Positions 17,996 to 31,180 of a stretch of 64,000 nt of DNA are shown piece by piece. The notes below the pieces were generated by a model. It was given only the letters and a program-made list of their open reading frames with translations. It was not told the origin of the DNA and made no database searches. Numbering within the stretch: the stretch's first letter is position 1; every line of letters begins with the position of its first letter. The stretch lies in assembly GCF_001194135.2 (NCBI RefSeq), contig NC_068988.1, positions 56,591,429 to 56,655,428 of the forward strand, written 5' to 3'. Origin of the DNA: Octopus bimaculoides (lineage: Eukaryota). The translations under genes and the position numbers were made by a program.

Positions 17996-19962
17996 TTAGA
18001 TCTATCTTAATTTACTGTGGCCTTCAAACATGAGAAAGGTTACTAAACCCAATGATAAACAAGTGAACCATTTTAGTCATTTGTTTTCAATATTTTCAAT
18101 GATTAACAAATGAAATTATCAAAAGACGTAGGGTTTGTTACGCCCCTTAGTTTACCATTTTGTTATTCACTCATGTGGATAGATTTTGATTGCAACACCT
18201 TGAATCACCAAACTACTCATTAGTTTTCCTGTAAGTTTAGTTCATTTTTCATCAAATCAGTCTCTTCTTGTTCTCAACTTACTCTTTTCCAGCAAAAAAA
18301 AATGAAGGAAATTCTGTGTAGTCTTTTGACTTGCTTGGAAAATCAGCCAAACTTCACCCAGATCAGATCCTCTTGTTTATATTTTATTTATCTTTTTTTT
18401 TTTTAAATAAGGAAGGAAAATTAGATGATGTAGCTATGTAGTTCTAGGTACAGTTTACCTTAAAATAAGATAGATAGCCATGTCTGGAATGTCTGTGATC
18501 AAAAGTTTGCTTAATCAGGTATAACCAATAGCTTAAACAGTAACAGCCTGCTCTCTTGGCCAGTTTGATGGAGTTGGAGAAATGTTCAGTGTTGTAATCA
18601 GTGCACAGCAGAACATCTATAATAAGTGTAAATTAATTTTGCTTCATCCCCCCCAAAAAAATTGACCCTTTCTGCCGCCTTTCACTCCCTGTTTCTATCC
18701 TACCTGCTAGACACCTTCATGTATTAACTGGTAAATTACACATTACATTTGTGTACTATCTACTTATTTATGCATTTAACTATTTTAAATTATTTTTATT
18801 AGTTCAAACAAATGGAGATAGCTAAGTTTTGTCTCAATTTCTCAAAAGTTTATACAAAACTGAAATATTGTTTGTTTTTTTACATCCATTTTTCTGTGCT
18901 AACATGTATTAGATGAACATATGTTATCGGGGTACTTTTTTTACACCGAGATGCTTTTACTGTTGCTAACCTTTACCTGTTTTCCAAGGAAAGGATCTCT
19001 TATTCAACATGTCTTCAAAAGCACAGAACCAGTGGATGATTTGTTGACTGGAAAATGACAACAAACTTTACTATTTGTAGCTTAGTGCTTTTTTTATGTG
19101 ATGCATGCAGGAAGTAAATATTAGATGGGTGCTGATGAGGGAGCAAAAACTCCTGAAATATAGCATATATGCCCAATACCCATTTTTCATCTTTGATTTC
19201 ATTGTTGTTTACATTAAGCATCTTGGATATGAAACTTCTTAAAATCATTGCTGGCTACAATTTCTATTGAAATTCTGTAGAGATAACCTTAACACACATA
19301 TGTATGCATCTGTATGACATATGACAGGTATTGTACAGTTTCCATGTATCAAATTCACTTACATAGCATTGGTTGACCTGGAACCATAGTAGAAGATAGT
19401 TCTCCGAGACACCACACAGTAGAACTGAACCCAAAACCATGTGATTGAGAAACAAACATCTTTATTATGCCTGTGCTCATAATAGCCCCTCAAAGATACT
19501 GATAAAACACCCTTGAAAAGGCTTGTTTCATAATTTTACCATTAGCTTAGTTTACTGTTCAAATTTATGTCTAAATTTCACTGGGAAATTTTTTTCTTTT
19601 CTTCATACCCTTGATAAAATAATAATTTATTAGAATTAAGTAAACATTCAAGAGGATGTGAAATCTTATTTGGAGCAGTGGACTATGGAAGAACATAAAA
19701 CTAAATAAATAGCACGTAAACATTGGGTTTAAAAAAAAACCCTTTTGGATAGAAAAAGTCAAAGGCTGCCCATGGGACACTAACTCACATCTCCTGTAAA
19801 CAGGTCCCACAGTAAGCCTTCAAAGGGGATTTTCAGCCCAATATTTAAATGCTATTATTTAATACCTTTTTGCTCTTCAAGATACACTGTTCCAAATAAT
19901 TTCTAGGTTATTCATATTTGTATTTAGTGAATCACTTTGTTTCTTTCTTTTTGTTATTTTAG

Positions 19963-20080
19963 GTTTTGATCCTGTGATGATGATGGATGGTCACCTTACT
20001 CCTGAGTACATTGATGACAATGGTTTATACAATGGTAACCCTGAATTTATGATGCCTTCAGGAAACTTATATAATGTCAG
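19963..20080 (+). CDS. KIFAP3: KAP3 C-terminal-tail exon (GFDPVMMMDGHLTPEYIDDNGLYNGNPEFMMPSGNLYNV), phase 1 to 2
   Basis: Long pyrimidine tract with ttttag acceptor; cag|gtaaat donor; open in the phase left by exon 13675-13870; the KAP3 tail is poorly conserved, so support is mainly structural. Confidence 0.8.
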
Positions 20081-20779
20081 GTAAATATTAATTTTCTGTT
20101 TGTTCAATTTGCATCTATTTTCCTATGTTAGTATGATTATAGGTTACATCTTATTGAGGCACTGATTTTACAGCTGGATACCTTTACTGTTGCTTACCTG
20201 CTTTTCAAGTGAAAGAGTTTACATTCCATTCTTTTTAGAAAGCAAGCACAGAGCTGAAGGAGAATTTGTCAACTGAAAACTGTCATCAAACAACACTGCT
20301 TGAAGCTTGGCTGTTTTCTCCCGTGTGAAACACAGAATGTAAACATTCACACTTACATACATGTATTCTTTATCCTTTACTTGTTTGTCATTAAACTGTG
20401 GCCATGCTGGGGCACCATCCTGATGAATTTTAGTCCAACGAATTAACCCCAGTAGGTTTTTTTTAAGCCTGATTCTTTATCAGTTTCTTTTGCCCAACCA
20501 CCAGAGAAACATAAACACAGCAACACCAGTTGTCAAGCAATTGTGGGGACAAGCACAAAGACACACAGACACACATGTCTATGTATGTATATATATATAT
20601 ATATATAATTCCAAGAGAGTTAGAGGTTGTGAATCCAACCAACTAAGGGATAATATCTATCCAATATACTGCTGGTAGAATATCCAATTATTTATACACA
20701 AGTGTTTTTTCATTGCATGGCAATTACACTACTGAATGTAATAAATGGGTGAGGGTAAAAAGTTGTTTTACCCTTAATT

Positions 20780-21214
20780 TATACAGCAATCAGAAAATGG
20801 AGGGGATCAAGAGGTGGTTATCATCAACTTTTAGACATTATATTATGTCTATTTATTTATTTTAAAAAAACCATAATAACACTATACATACATGTATAAC
20901 ATATTATGCTTTACGTATATAATATATAAAATATAAACATACCAGTAATTATTAAAATATATAACGTATAGCATAGGAAGTATATATTTTAATAATTATT
21001 GGTATTTTTATATTTGAATAATTACTGGTATTTTTATATTTGAATAATTACTGGTATTTTTATATTTTTATATATTATATATATAAAGCATAATATGTTA
21101 TACATGTATGTATATTGTTATAATGGTTTATTTTTAAAAATAAATAAATAGACATAATATAATGTCTAAAAGTTGATGAATACCAACTCTTGATCCCCTC
21201 CATTTTCTTATTGC

Positions 21215-21220
<6 letters not shown>
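20780..21220. repeat. Long AT-rich inverted repeat (fold-back/MITE-like)
   Basis: Arms ~20780-20952 and ~21045-21220 are near-perfect reverse complements. Confidence 0.9.
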
Positions 21221-21253
<33 letters not shown>

Positions 21254-22070
21254 NNNNNNNNNNNNNNNNNNNNNNNNNNNNNNNNNNNNNNNNNNNNNNN
21301 NNNNNNNNNNNNNNNNNNNNNNNNNNNNNNNNNNNNNNNNNNNNNNNNNNNNNNNNNNNNNNNNNNNNNNNNNNNNNNNNNNNNNNNNNNNNNNNNNNNN
21401 NNNNNNNNNNNNNNNNNNNNNNNNNNNNNNNNNNNNNNNNNNNNNNNNNNNNNNNNNNNNNNNNNNNNNNNNNNNNNNNNNNNNNNNNNNNNNNNNNNNN
21501 NNNNNNNNNNNNNNNNNNNNNNNNNNNNNNNNNNNNNNNNNNNNNNNNNNNNNNNNNNNNNNNNNNNNNNNNNNNNNNNNNNNNNNNNNNNNNNNNNNNN
21601 NNNNNNNNNNNNNNNNNNNNNNNNNNNNNNNNNNNNNNNNNNNNNNNNNNNNNNNNNNNNNNNNNNNNNNNNNNNNNNNNNNNNNNNNNNNNNNNNNNNN
21701 NNNNNNNNNNNNNNNNNNNNNNNNNNNNNNNNNNNNNNNNNNNNNNNNNNNNNNNNNNNNNNNNNNNNNNNNNNNNNNNNNNNNNNNNNNNNNNNNNNNN
21801 NNNNNNNNNNNNNNNNNNNNNNNNNNNNNNNNNNNNNNNNNNNNNNNNNNNNNNNNNNNNNNNNNNNNNNNNNNNNNNNNNNNNNNNNNNNNNNNNNNNN
21901 NNNNNNNNNNNNNNNNNNNNNNNNNNNNNNNNNNNNNNNNNNNNNNNNNNNNNNNNNNNNNNNNNNNNNNNNNNNNNNNNNNNNNNNNNNNNNNNNNNNN
22001 NNNNNNNNNNGCACATGCTTTGAGTTCTATTTTCCTGTTTGTATCACAAAATCTACATACATATATTATA

Positions 22071-22120
<50 letters not shown>

Positions 22121-23312
22121 CCAACTAAATGTGGTGGTCCCATAAAGGATGATGTTACTGTTGTTTGTAGCCCCAGGAAGACATCTTCTCCAGCTAATTA
22201 ACGATACACTGTGTCTGATTAGTATTTGCAAGGGGAGGTCATCGCTCCCATCTCTAGCCTTACATGATACACACAGACCCAGGTTTCTGGGTAGTTACCC
22301 ATCTTCAGTGCATGATAATCACTGCACAGTGGGACTGAACTCGAAACCACATGGTTCAGAAGTGAAGGTCTTAACCACGCACCCATGCTTGCACTTACAC
22401 ACCATGCCTGCACCTATGATAACAGTGTAACACAATTTTTGTCCTTGAGTAGTAACTGTTATTTCCTATTTGCTTACCCCCCAGAGGATATGAAAAATTG
22501 AAAATATTTCCTTCAAACTTTGCTTTTTTTACATTTATTCAAACCCCAAAGAATCTTTTGCAACACATGGCTATGCTACTCCCCCCCCCAATCCTGCTCA
22601 TGATCAGAGATGCACATATTGTCAACCAAGGGACATGCTTGGGTGGTTAAGATCAAGCAACTGACAAGCAAATCTGTGGTATTGAGCAGAATATTTGCTA
22701 TAATGATATTTCTGTTTCAGCGACTCTGTGCTGAATCTGTCTGAAATGTAATAGAAAATAGGTCAGTTTCAAAACATTGATGTTCAACACTCAAAAGCAA
22801 AGTTTGAAGGGAATAGTAGTCATTTCCTTTGATTTTTAGACAGAAGCAAATAGGAAATATCATAAAATTTTGTTACACTGATATTAGAGATAGTTTCTAA
22901 ATCAACTTTGTAATCTTTCATAAATCNNNNNNNNNNNNNNNNNNNNNNNNNNNNNNNNNNNNNNNNNNNNNNNNNNNNNNNNNNNNNNNNNNNNNNNNNN
23001 NNNNNNNNNNNNNNNNNNNNNNNNNNNNNNNNNNNNNNNNNNNNNNNNNNNNNNNNNNNNNNNNNNNNNNNNNNNNNNNNNNNNNNNNNNNNNNNNNNNN
23101 NNNNNNNNNNNNNNNNNNNNNNNNNNNNNNNNNNNNNNNNNNNNNNNNNNNNNNNNNNNNNNNNNNNNNNNNNNNNNNNNNNNNNNNNNNNNNNNNNNNN
23201 NNNNNNNNNNNNNNNNNNNNNNNNNNNNNNNNNNNNNNNNNNNNNNNNNNNNNNNNNNNNNNNNNNNNNNNNNNNNNNNNNNNNNNNNNNNNNNNNNNNN
23301 NNNNNNNNNNNN

Positions 23313-24161
23313 TGGGAAAGAATGCTTGAATGAAAGAACTTGCAGAAGATGGTAAGCAAAATTCAGAAGTGGAGATTTCAGCCTTGAAGATGAAGATTGA
23401 ACAGGACGTCCAGTTGAGTTTGATGATAAGCTCTTTGAGGCATTACTTCAAGAAAATCCTGCATTATCAGTTGAAGAATTGTCAATAAAGCTTAATTCAA
23501 ATCATACAACTGTTCATCATCATCTTCAACAACTTGGAAAGGTTCCTAAACTTGGAAAATGGGTGCCTCATGAATTGTCCGAAAGCAATCGCAAATCTCA
23601 AGTTGACATCTGCTCTTCTCTCCATTCTCGCGAACTCATTTCACCCTTTTTGCTAGACTTGTGACTGGTGACGAAAAATGGATCTTCTATCATAAACAGT
23701 GGCTTAGTAAAAGGGAGAAAGCTCAACCAAAACTGAGAAGGGAACTTCATGGGAAAAGGTCCTTCTCTTTATCTGGTGGGATTGCAAAGTAATTCACTTT
23801 GAATTGTTACCACCAATGCAACAATCAATGCTCAAGACTACTGTCAGCAATTAGTGTTTGAACTAAGCTTTGAAGAAAAAAGACCCACTTTAGTGAATTG
23901 AAAAGGAATTATGATTCATCAGGATAATGCGTGACCCCACACTGCAAAGATCACATCACAGAAGATCGAAGAGCTTGGTTGGGAAAAAATTCCTCGTCCA
24001 CCTTATTCTCCCAACCTTGCTCCTTCAGACTACCATTTGTTTCGTAGTTTACAGAATTATTTGGGGGACATAACTTTCGCAAGCCAGGAGGAGGTCGAAA
24101 CTGACATTTCAGAGTTGTTCGCTTTGAAACCAAAAGAGTTTTACATTGATGGGATTAAAAA
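23313..24161 (+). mobile_element. Decayed mariner (DD34D) transposase pseudogene
   Basis: GRPVEFD, WVPHEL, VTGDEKWIFY, HQDNA*PH and YSPNLAPSDYHLF motifs; exactly 34 residues between the 2nd and 3rd Asp; stops and frameshifts; both ends run into gaps. Confidence 0.93.
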
Positions 24162-25699
24162 NNNNNNNNNNNNNNNNNNNNNNNNNNNNNNNNNNNNNNN
24201 NNNNNNNNNNNNNNNNNNNNNNNNNNNNNNNNNNNNNNNNNNNNNNNNNNNNNNNNNNNNNNNNNNNNNNNNNNNNNNNNNNNNNNNNNNNNNNNNNNNN
24301 NNNNNNNNNNNNNNNNNNNNNNNNNNNNNNNNNNNNNNNNNNNNNNNNNNNNNNNNNNNNNNNNNNNNNNNNNNNNNNNNNNNNNNNNNNNNNNNNNNNN
24401 NNNNNNNNNNNNNNNNNNNNNNNNNNNNNNNNNNNNNNNNNNNNNNNNNNNNNNNNNNNNNNNNNNNNNNNNNNNNNNNNNNNNNNNNNNNNNNNNNNNN
24501 NNNNNNNNNNNNNNNNNNNNNNNNNNNNNNNNNNNNNNNNNNNNNNNNNNNNNNNNNNNNNNNNNNNNNNNNNNNNNNNNNNNNNNNNNNNNNNNNNNNN
24601 NNNNNNNNNNNNNNNNNNNNNNNNNNNNNNNNNNNNNNNNNNNNNNNNNNNNNNNNNNNNNNNNNNNNNNNNNNNNNNNNNNNNNNNNNNNNNNNNNNNN
24701 NNNNNNNNNNNNNNNNNNNNNNNNNNNNNNNNNNNNNNNNNNNNNNNNNNNNNNNNNNNNNNNNNNNNNNNNNNNNNNNNNNNNNNNNNNNNNNNNNNNN
24801 NNNNNNNNNNNNNNNNNNNNNNNNNNNNNNNNNNNNNNNNNNNNNNNNNNNNNNNNNNNNNNNNNNNNNNNNNNNNNNNNNNNNNNNNNNNNNNNNNNNN
24901 NNNNNNNNNNNNNNNNNNNNNNNNNNNTTTTTTTTTTTTTTTTTTTTTTTTCAATTTTCTTTGTGTTTGTGCATGAGTGCATGCATGAGCATGTATGTGC
25001 TTGAGTGTTTGTGTTGAAGAAACATGTGCAGCAGATACATAAACAAGCTGTACATTGTATCAAATGAACTGTTAACATTTTTTTTCCCTTTTCAGATATA
25101 TTTTTTATTTTGATCTTATTTTTTCAGTTTATTTTTTTAGTAAAAAATCTCAAAGAAATTTGCTTTAGTTTTGGGGACCAAAATGTTTGTTTGTGATTCT
25201 TCCCTTTAAAATGGAAGGGGGAATGATAGATTTGGAGTTTTTAAACATTTTTTTTTGTTTTAATTGTTCTAGTGATTAATCAGAAGTGTTGCCTACCAAA
25301 TAGTTCTGAGAAACTACCATACTAAAATCTTTCAGTTGAAGGTTATGAATGCAGACAGATGCAGAGTTGTTTGTTTGGTACATCAAGACATTGTCAACCA
25401 AAGACTCCTGTGTATCTATTCTGAATATAACTCTAGCAGTGTCTAAACATTGTCAACCAGAAGCTTCTCTGCATAGCCTCTATTCTGAGTAAATATACTT
25501 TTACTGGTGTCAAAAAATAAAAATGTTTTTCCTTTAAAGTATCAATATATTCAGGGAATCTTAGTACCACATCATTGGGATTTCCTGACTAACAACAATC
25601 AGTATTATAGGTTCATTTCTATTGAGCAATCCTGCTCTACCACAGTTGCCATTAGATCAACTTAGCACACAGTATATTCTATCTTCTACTTGGGCAGTG

Positions 25700-26130
25700 A
25701 GCTGGCAGAACTGTTAGAGCATCAGACAAAATGCTCAGTGACATTTCTTCTGTTTTTATGTTCTAGACTCACATTCTGCTGAGATCCACTTTGCCCTCCA
25801 TCCTTTTGGGGTCGATAAAATAAGTACCAGTTGAGCACTGGGTCGATGTAATTTATTAGCTCTCTCTCCCAAAATTTCAGGCCTTGTGCCTACTATAGTA
25901 GGAAGAAAGATTATTATTATTATTACTATAACTAAAAGATGGTGAGCTGGCAGGACTGTAACAAGGCAAATTGCTTCCAGTTTTACCTTGGGAGTTGAAA
26001 ATTCCACCAAGGTCAACTCTAACTTCCATCCTTTTGGGGTCAATAAAATGAGCATCATTTGAGCACTGGGATCAATGTTTTTGACTAATGTCTTCCCCAC
26101 AAAATTTCAGGTCTTGTGCCTATAGTTGAA
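25700..26130 (+). mobile_element. Two tandem SINE family C copies (ctttgcctttcatccttt.ggggtcgataaaataagtacc core, Meta-domain-like)
   Basis: Core motif with gagctggcagaa head and (TAT)n tails. Confidence 0.75.
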
Positions 26131-28961
26131 AAACAAAATTTTATATTCTGTTGACACCACCACCACTCATAGTCAATAGTTGTTAGTTTCTCAGTTCCAT
26201 TCTGCTCCAGTATCAGTACTTTTGTTGTGAAGGAATAACAGATTTTAATGTCTTACAACCAAACTACCTACCTTTTTACCTACCTACCTATCTACCCACC
26301 AATTCACTCTGCAACTAGTCATTATCAGCAATAAACATTCACAGTTAACTTTCTGCATATTTCAATGCAGTGGAAAACCTCAAAAAAAAAAAAAATTAAA
26401 TGACAAAAGATATTTATTTATTAATTTTTACCAAAGTTTTTTTTTCTTTATGTATATATATTGCTAATTGCTTTGTTACTAGATTTTTTTAATGTTGGCC
26501 CTGTCTTGGTTTTATTTCTAACGAGAAGACTGCCTATGTTTCAACTAATTTTTCAATACAATAAAAATTTTCTGGAGGGATTTAGTAAAAAATCTGTAGC
26601 TTTATATATTGTATATGCNNNNNNNNNNATCATCATCATCATATAATGATGTTTTAAATTAAATATGAACACTTAAGTATGGGTGGTCTCAGGCTTACTA
26701 ACATTTTAAAGAGGGTTAAATATCCTTTTCTACTCTAGGCACAAGGCCCGAAATTTGGGTGGGGGGCAGTCGATTAGATCAACCCCAGTACGCAACTGAT
26801 ATTTAATTTGTCAACTCCAAAATGATGAAAGGCAAAGTCGACCTCTGCGGAATTTGAACTCAGAACATAAAGACAGATGAAATACTGCTAAGCATTTTGC
26901 CCCGCATGCTAACATTTCTGCCAGCTCGCCACCTTAGAGGGTTAAATATTCTCAAAAATGGTGCAAATTCTGTTATCAGCTTTCTTTTATATTTGTTTAG
27001 TTTTCACTGTTTGAAAATAACTTGTTCATTAAAATATTAAGATAGCAGAATATATAAATAATGTAATAAATTATCAATATGAAAAACAAGAGTGTTTTAG
27101 AGAGAGTAGATTAAAAAAATAAATTATGATAATAACTATTATTATTATTGAGCTGGCAGAATCATTAGCATGCTGGACAAAATCTTTGCAGCATTTCTTC
27201 CAGTTTTAAGTACTGAGTTCAAATTCCTCCACAGTCAACTTTGCCCGCCATCCTCTCGAGGTCGATAAAGTAAGTACCAGTTGAACACTGGGAGTCAGTG
27301 TAATCGATTTCCCTCCTCCCTCAAAATTACTGGCCTTGTGCCAAAATTTGAAATCACTATCATTATCACTACTACTACTACTACTACTACCACTTAATCT
27401 GTTGCCCAGTTTAACACCACTCTTATCACCAGCTAGCTCTTGGGTGCATTTTCTAGAGTCCTTTGTTGCAAGGCATTCAGAACCAGATAGCCTATAAGTT
27501 GTAGTTTATTCTAATCTTACCCACACTCCAATATTGGAGACCTTACATTGAGGTCATGGTTGCCACCCAGCCCTGCTCTACTGACAACACCATACCAATA
27601 TTTTTTGTCTTTTATTTTTAACCTACATTTTACAATAGTCCTTCAACTGATTTTGATTTTTGGGTTTCTCTTTCCATACCATTTCATCACAAGTAATTAT
27701 TCAAAGATAACTGAGGCTCCTTTTTTTTAAAAATATATTCTTTAAAAACAAAGTTGGTCTGTTTATTATCATATAAATTTATGTGCTATGTCTGTCTCTA
27801 ACTTACTTTTAGTAGAAATTTCTCTAATTAGTAAGTCGTAAGTAGCATGATACTTAGGATTTAATAATTGAAGGAAGTCTTTGAAGTTTGTTTGCATGTC
27901 AGCCTTCTCTCACAAAATTAACTCCCTCCTCTCTCCATGCATACATACATACTTACTTACTTACTGCAGTGAGAAAGGGATGTAAAGAAAACTTAGTGTT
28001 TTACCTTAAGAAAAAAAAATAAGTTAAGTATATACACACATAAAACTTTCTATATGTATTCTATATATTTGTAATTATGTATATAGAATAAGTATTTTAA
28101 TTTGGATTTATGTGTATATGTGGCATATTTTCCTCCTTTCAAACACTTCAAGCATTCTTTCTACATTTCCCTGTATAATACTGTAAAATATGCACCTCTT
28201 GTCTTTTTATATATTCTCACTACATATACAAAATATTTTCCCCTCAAATGTTGCTTGCCTGCTAACAATGAATTTCATTGGTCATTCGAACTAGGTATTT
28301 CTGCCTACCATCCTGCCATGGCTGAAATTGTTGAATCCATCAACAATGACTTACAATCTCAGGCAATTTGACCTGAAAAAAAAGCTAATTTGTATACACA
28401 TGTGTTACACCTTTGAATTACGTAAGTCATATACAGATTGGCTTGAAAACATATGTAGTCTGGATTTACCTTCTCCATTCCCTATACCTTTACATATATA
28501 TAATTCTCTCATCGGTATGTTTTCTGAATGTGCATCTATGAGAGACCTTGTTTCTTTATAATTAGAACTACTATCAATTGTCCTTCAATGCTTTTAGAAA
28601 TGAAATTAATTGGATTAATCTTTTAATGAATCTCTGGTGTGGCATACCATATATATATTTCATTTTAGGCAGGTTTTGCTTTTTTAGACGAAATTAGATA
28701 TTTCTGATAAACACTATAATTAGAATTATTGCTATAATAAACCTGTCAAACTCTGTAGTTACCAACCAGAAAATGGTTAAGTTTGCTATGTTGGCTTTTA
28801 TTTATTTAGACAGTGTAGCACAAGTGCAATATCTTTACTTATTGAACCAGAAGACCATGTTAGTTTTTAACAAGATCTTCAGAGCAAGAAGAGAGAGAGA
28901 TATATCCAGAAAACTTGTGTTACGACTCAATTTTTTGGCTTTCTTTTTCTCTTTCACTCCT

Positions 28962-29018
<57 letters not shown>

Positions 29019-29064
29019 TGAAATGATGACAATTACTTGAATATTCTTCTTTTTCTTGCCTATG

Positions 29065-29397
29065 TGCCATGTCTACAGCAGGTGGTGATCAGGGACTTCC
29101 ATACTCTCCTGTCCCATACACAACATAGCATGAAATTGGGCCAGTCTTTTTGAAGCCAGTTGGTAAGACCATTGAGTATCCTCTCTCTCTGTCTTTCCAA
29201 GCTTCTTCTTCTTTTCAGTTTTCCTGGTTGTCATCAAGTGCTCAAGGCTTTGTCTTCTCATCTGGTGTCCAATAAACTGAACTTGTTGTCCTCAATGTTG
29301 TTAACAAGCTTCCTGGTGCTCTTTGCTCATCTAAGGGCCTCAATGTTTGTCACTCTATCTGCATACGACACCTTCAGTATTTCCTTCTAAGGAACCA
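29065..29397 (-). mobile_element. Decayed RTE-like LINE 3' end
   Basis: WFLRR.ILKVSYADRVTNIEALR...GHQMRRQSLEHLMTT.K.E.K motif, typical of RTE ORF C-termini. Confidence 0.75.
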
Positions 29398-29854
29398 CAA
29401 ACTCTGCAACATTGATAAGCTTTTGCACTCATTCTTGCACTTAAATGTAGCATAATTAATATTTTCTTAATTATCTATGTTTAACACTGACCATGTTGAC
29501 ACCAACCACAATTAGCACTGCAATAACTGTTATTCTTGGATGATTGACCTAATCCAATTCCTAGGTATTTCTTTTTTTTTCCACACCACCACTATCACCA
29601 CCACCATCACTATCATCAGGCCCATGGATGTCTTAACCACAGTCTATTCCATTGTCAGTATTCAAGCCATGTCTGAATTATACTGCTTCCTACATGTTGT
29701 ACTTTCTTCCTTCTCTCTTTGCCACAGCACGCCACCAGAGTCACCTCAACCAACACCCCACTTTAAGTCATGCTCTGTACTCTTCCTCCTTTCACATAAC
29801 CCTGAAAACTTTTTTTTTTTTAAATGTCTTCTATTGTTATTATTATTATTATTT

Positions 29855-31180
29855 AAGGTGGCGAGCTGGCAGAAGTGTTAGCACACCAGGCAAAATGCTT
29901 AGCAGCATTTCATCCATCTTTATATCCTGAGTTCAAATTTTGCCTTGGTCGACTTGACCTTTCATCCTGTCAGGGTCAGTTAAATAAGTACCAGTTGAAT
30001 ACTGGGGTCAATGTAATCGACTTAACCCCCTCCTCTGAAATTGCTGACCTTGTGCCAAAATTTGAAATCCTTATTATTGCAATGAGCTGGCAGAATTGTT
30101 AGCGTATCGGACAAAATGCTTTGCGACTTTTCTTCTGGTCCTTTACATACTGCACTCATATTATGCCGAGGTTGACTTTGCCTTTCATACTTTCAAGGTG
30201 AATAAAATAAAGTACCAATCGAGTACTGGGGTCAATGTAATCAACTACCCCCAAATTTCGGTTCTTGTACCTAAAGTATAAATAATCCTTTCTACTGGAA
30301 GCATAAGGCCTCAGATTTGTGGGAGGGGATTAAGTCAATTACATTGACCTCAGTGCGTAACTGGTACTAATTTTATCGTCCCCAAAATGATGAAAGGCAA
30401 AGTTGGCCTCAGCAGAATTTGAACTCAGTACATAATGGCAGATGAAATACCGCTAAGCATTTCACCCAGCATGCTAACGGTCTGCCAGCTCGCCACCTTA
30501 ATGATAATAATAAGCCTTTCTACTATAGGCACAAATTTGGAGGAAAGGCTAAGTCAATTATATCAATACCCAGTACTCAACTGGTACTTATTTTATCAAC
30601 CCTAAAAGGATGAAAGACAAAGTCGACCTCGGTGGAATTTGAACTCAGATGGCAAGCTTGCAGTAACATTAGTATGCTGGGCAAAATGCTCAGCAGTATT
30701 TCATCTGTTGGTACATTCTGAGTTCAAATTCTGCCAAGAAGGGGTCGACTAGTCCACTCCTCCAAAATTCCAGGCCTTGTGCCTTTAGTGAAAAAGATTA
30801 TTATTATCATTGTGTTAAGGCGATGAGCCAGCAGAATCACTACTGCTCCGGAAAAAATGCTTGTTGGCATTTTGTCCACCATTCTGAGTTCAAATATTGA
30901 CAAGGTCAATACAATAAGTACCAGTTGAGCACTAGTGTCGATATAATTTACTCACCCCAACTATTCCTGAAACTTCAGGTTTTGTGTCTATAGTAGAAAG
31001 AATTATTATTTTTTTTATTTCTGACTTCTGAATTCAAATTCCGCTGAAGTCGACTTTGCCTTTCATCCTTTCGGAGACAAATAAAATAAGTACCAGTTGA
31101 ATACTCGGGTCGATGTAATCGACTCATCATATCCCCCAAGATTGCTGCCCTTGTGGTAAAATTTGAAACCATTATTATTG
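29855..31180. mobile_element. Dense cluster of about 7 SINE family C copies in both orientations
   Basis: Repeated core motif separated by (TAT)/(AAT) tracts. Confidence 0.85.

Noticed and set aside
22700-22750. tttcag|C-GACTCTGTGCTGAATCTGTCTGAAATG-TAA as the KAP3 terminal exon (SDSVLNLSEM)
   Set aside because: Phase fits, but it lies in repeat-like sequence and does not resemble known KAP3 C-termini.
28240-28372. Minus frame VKLPEIVSHC-TGA-WIQQ... as a possible selenoprotein
   Set aside because: No recognisable selenoprotein motif and no SECIS identified; TGA is more simply a stop or chance.
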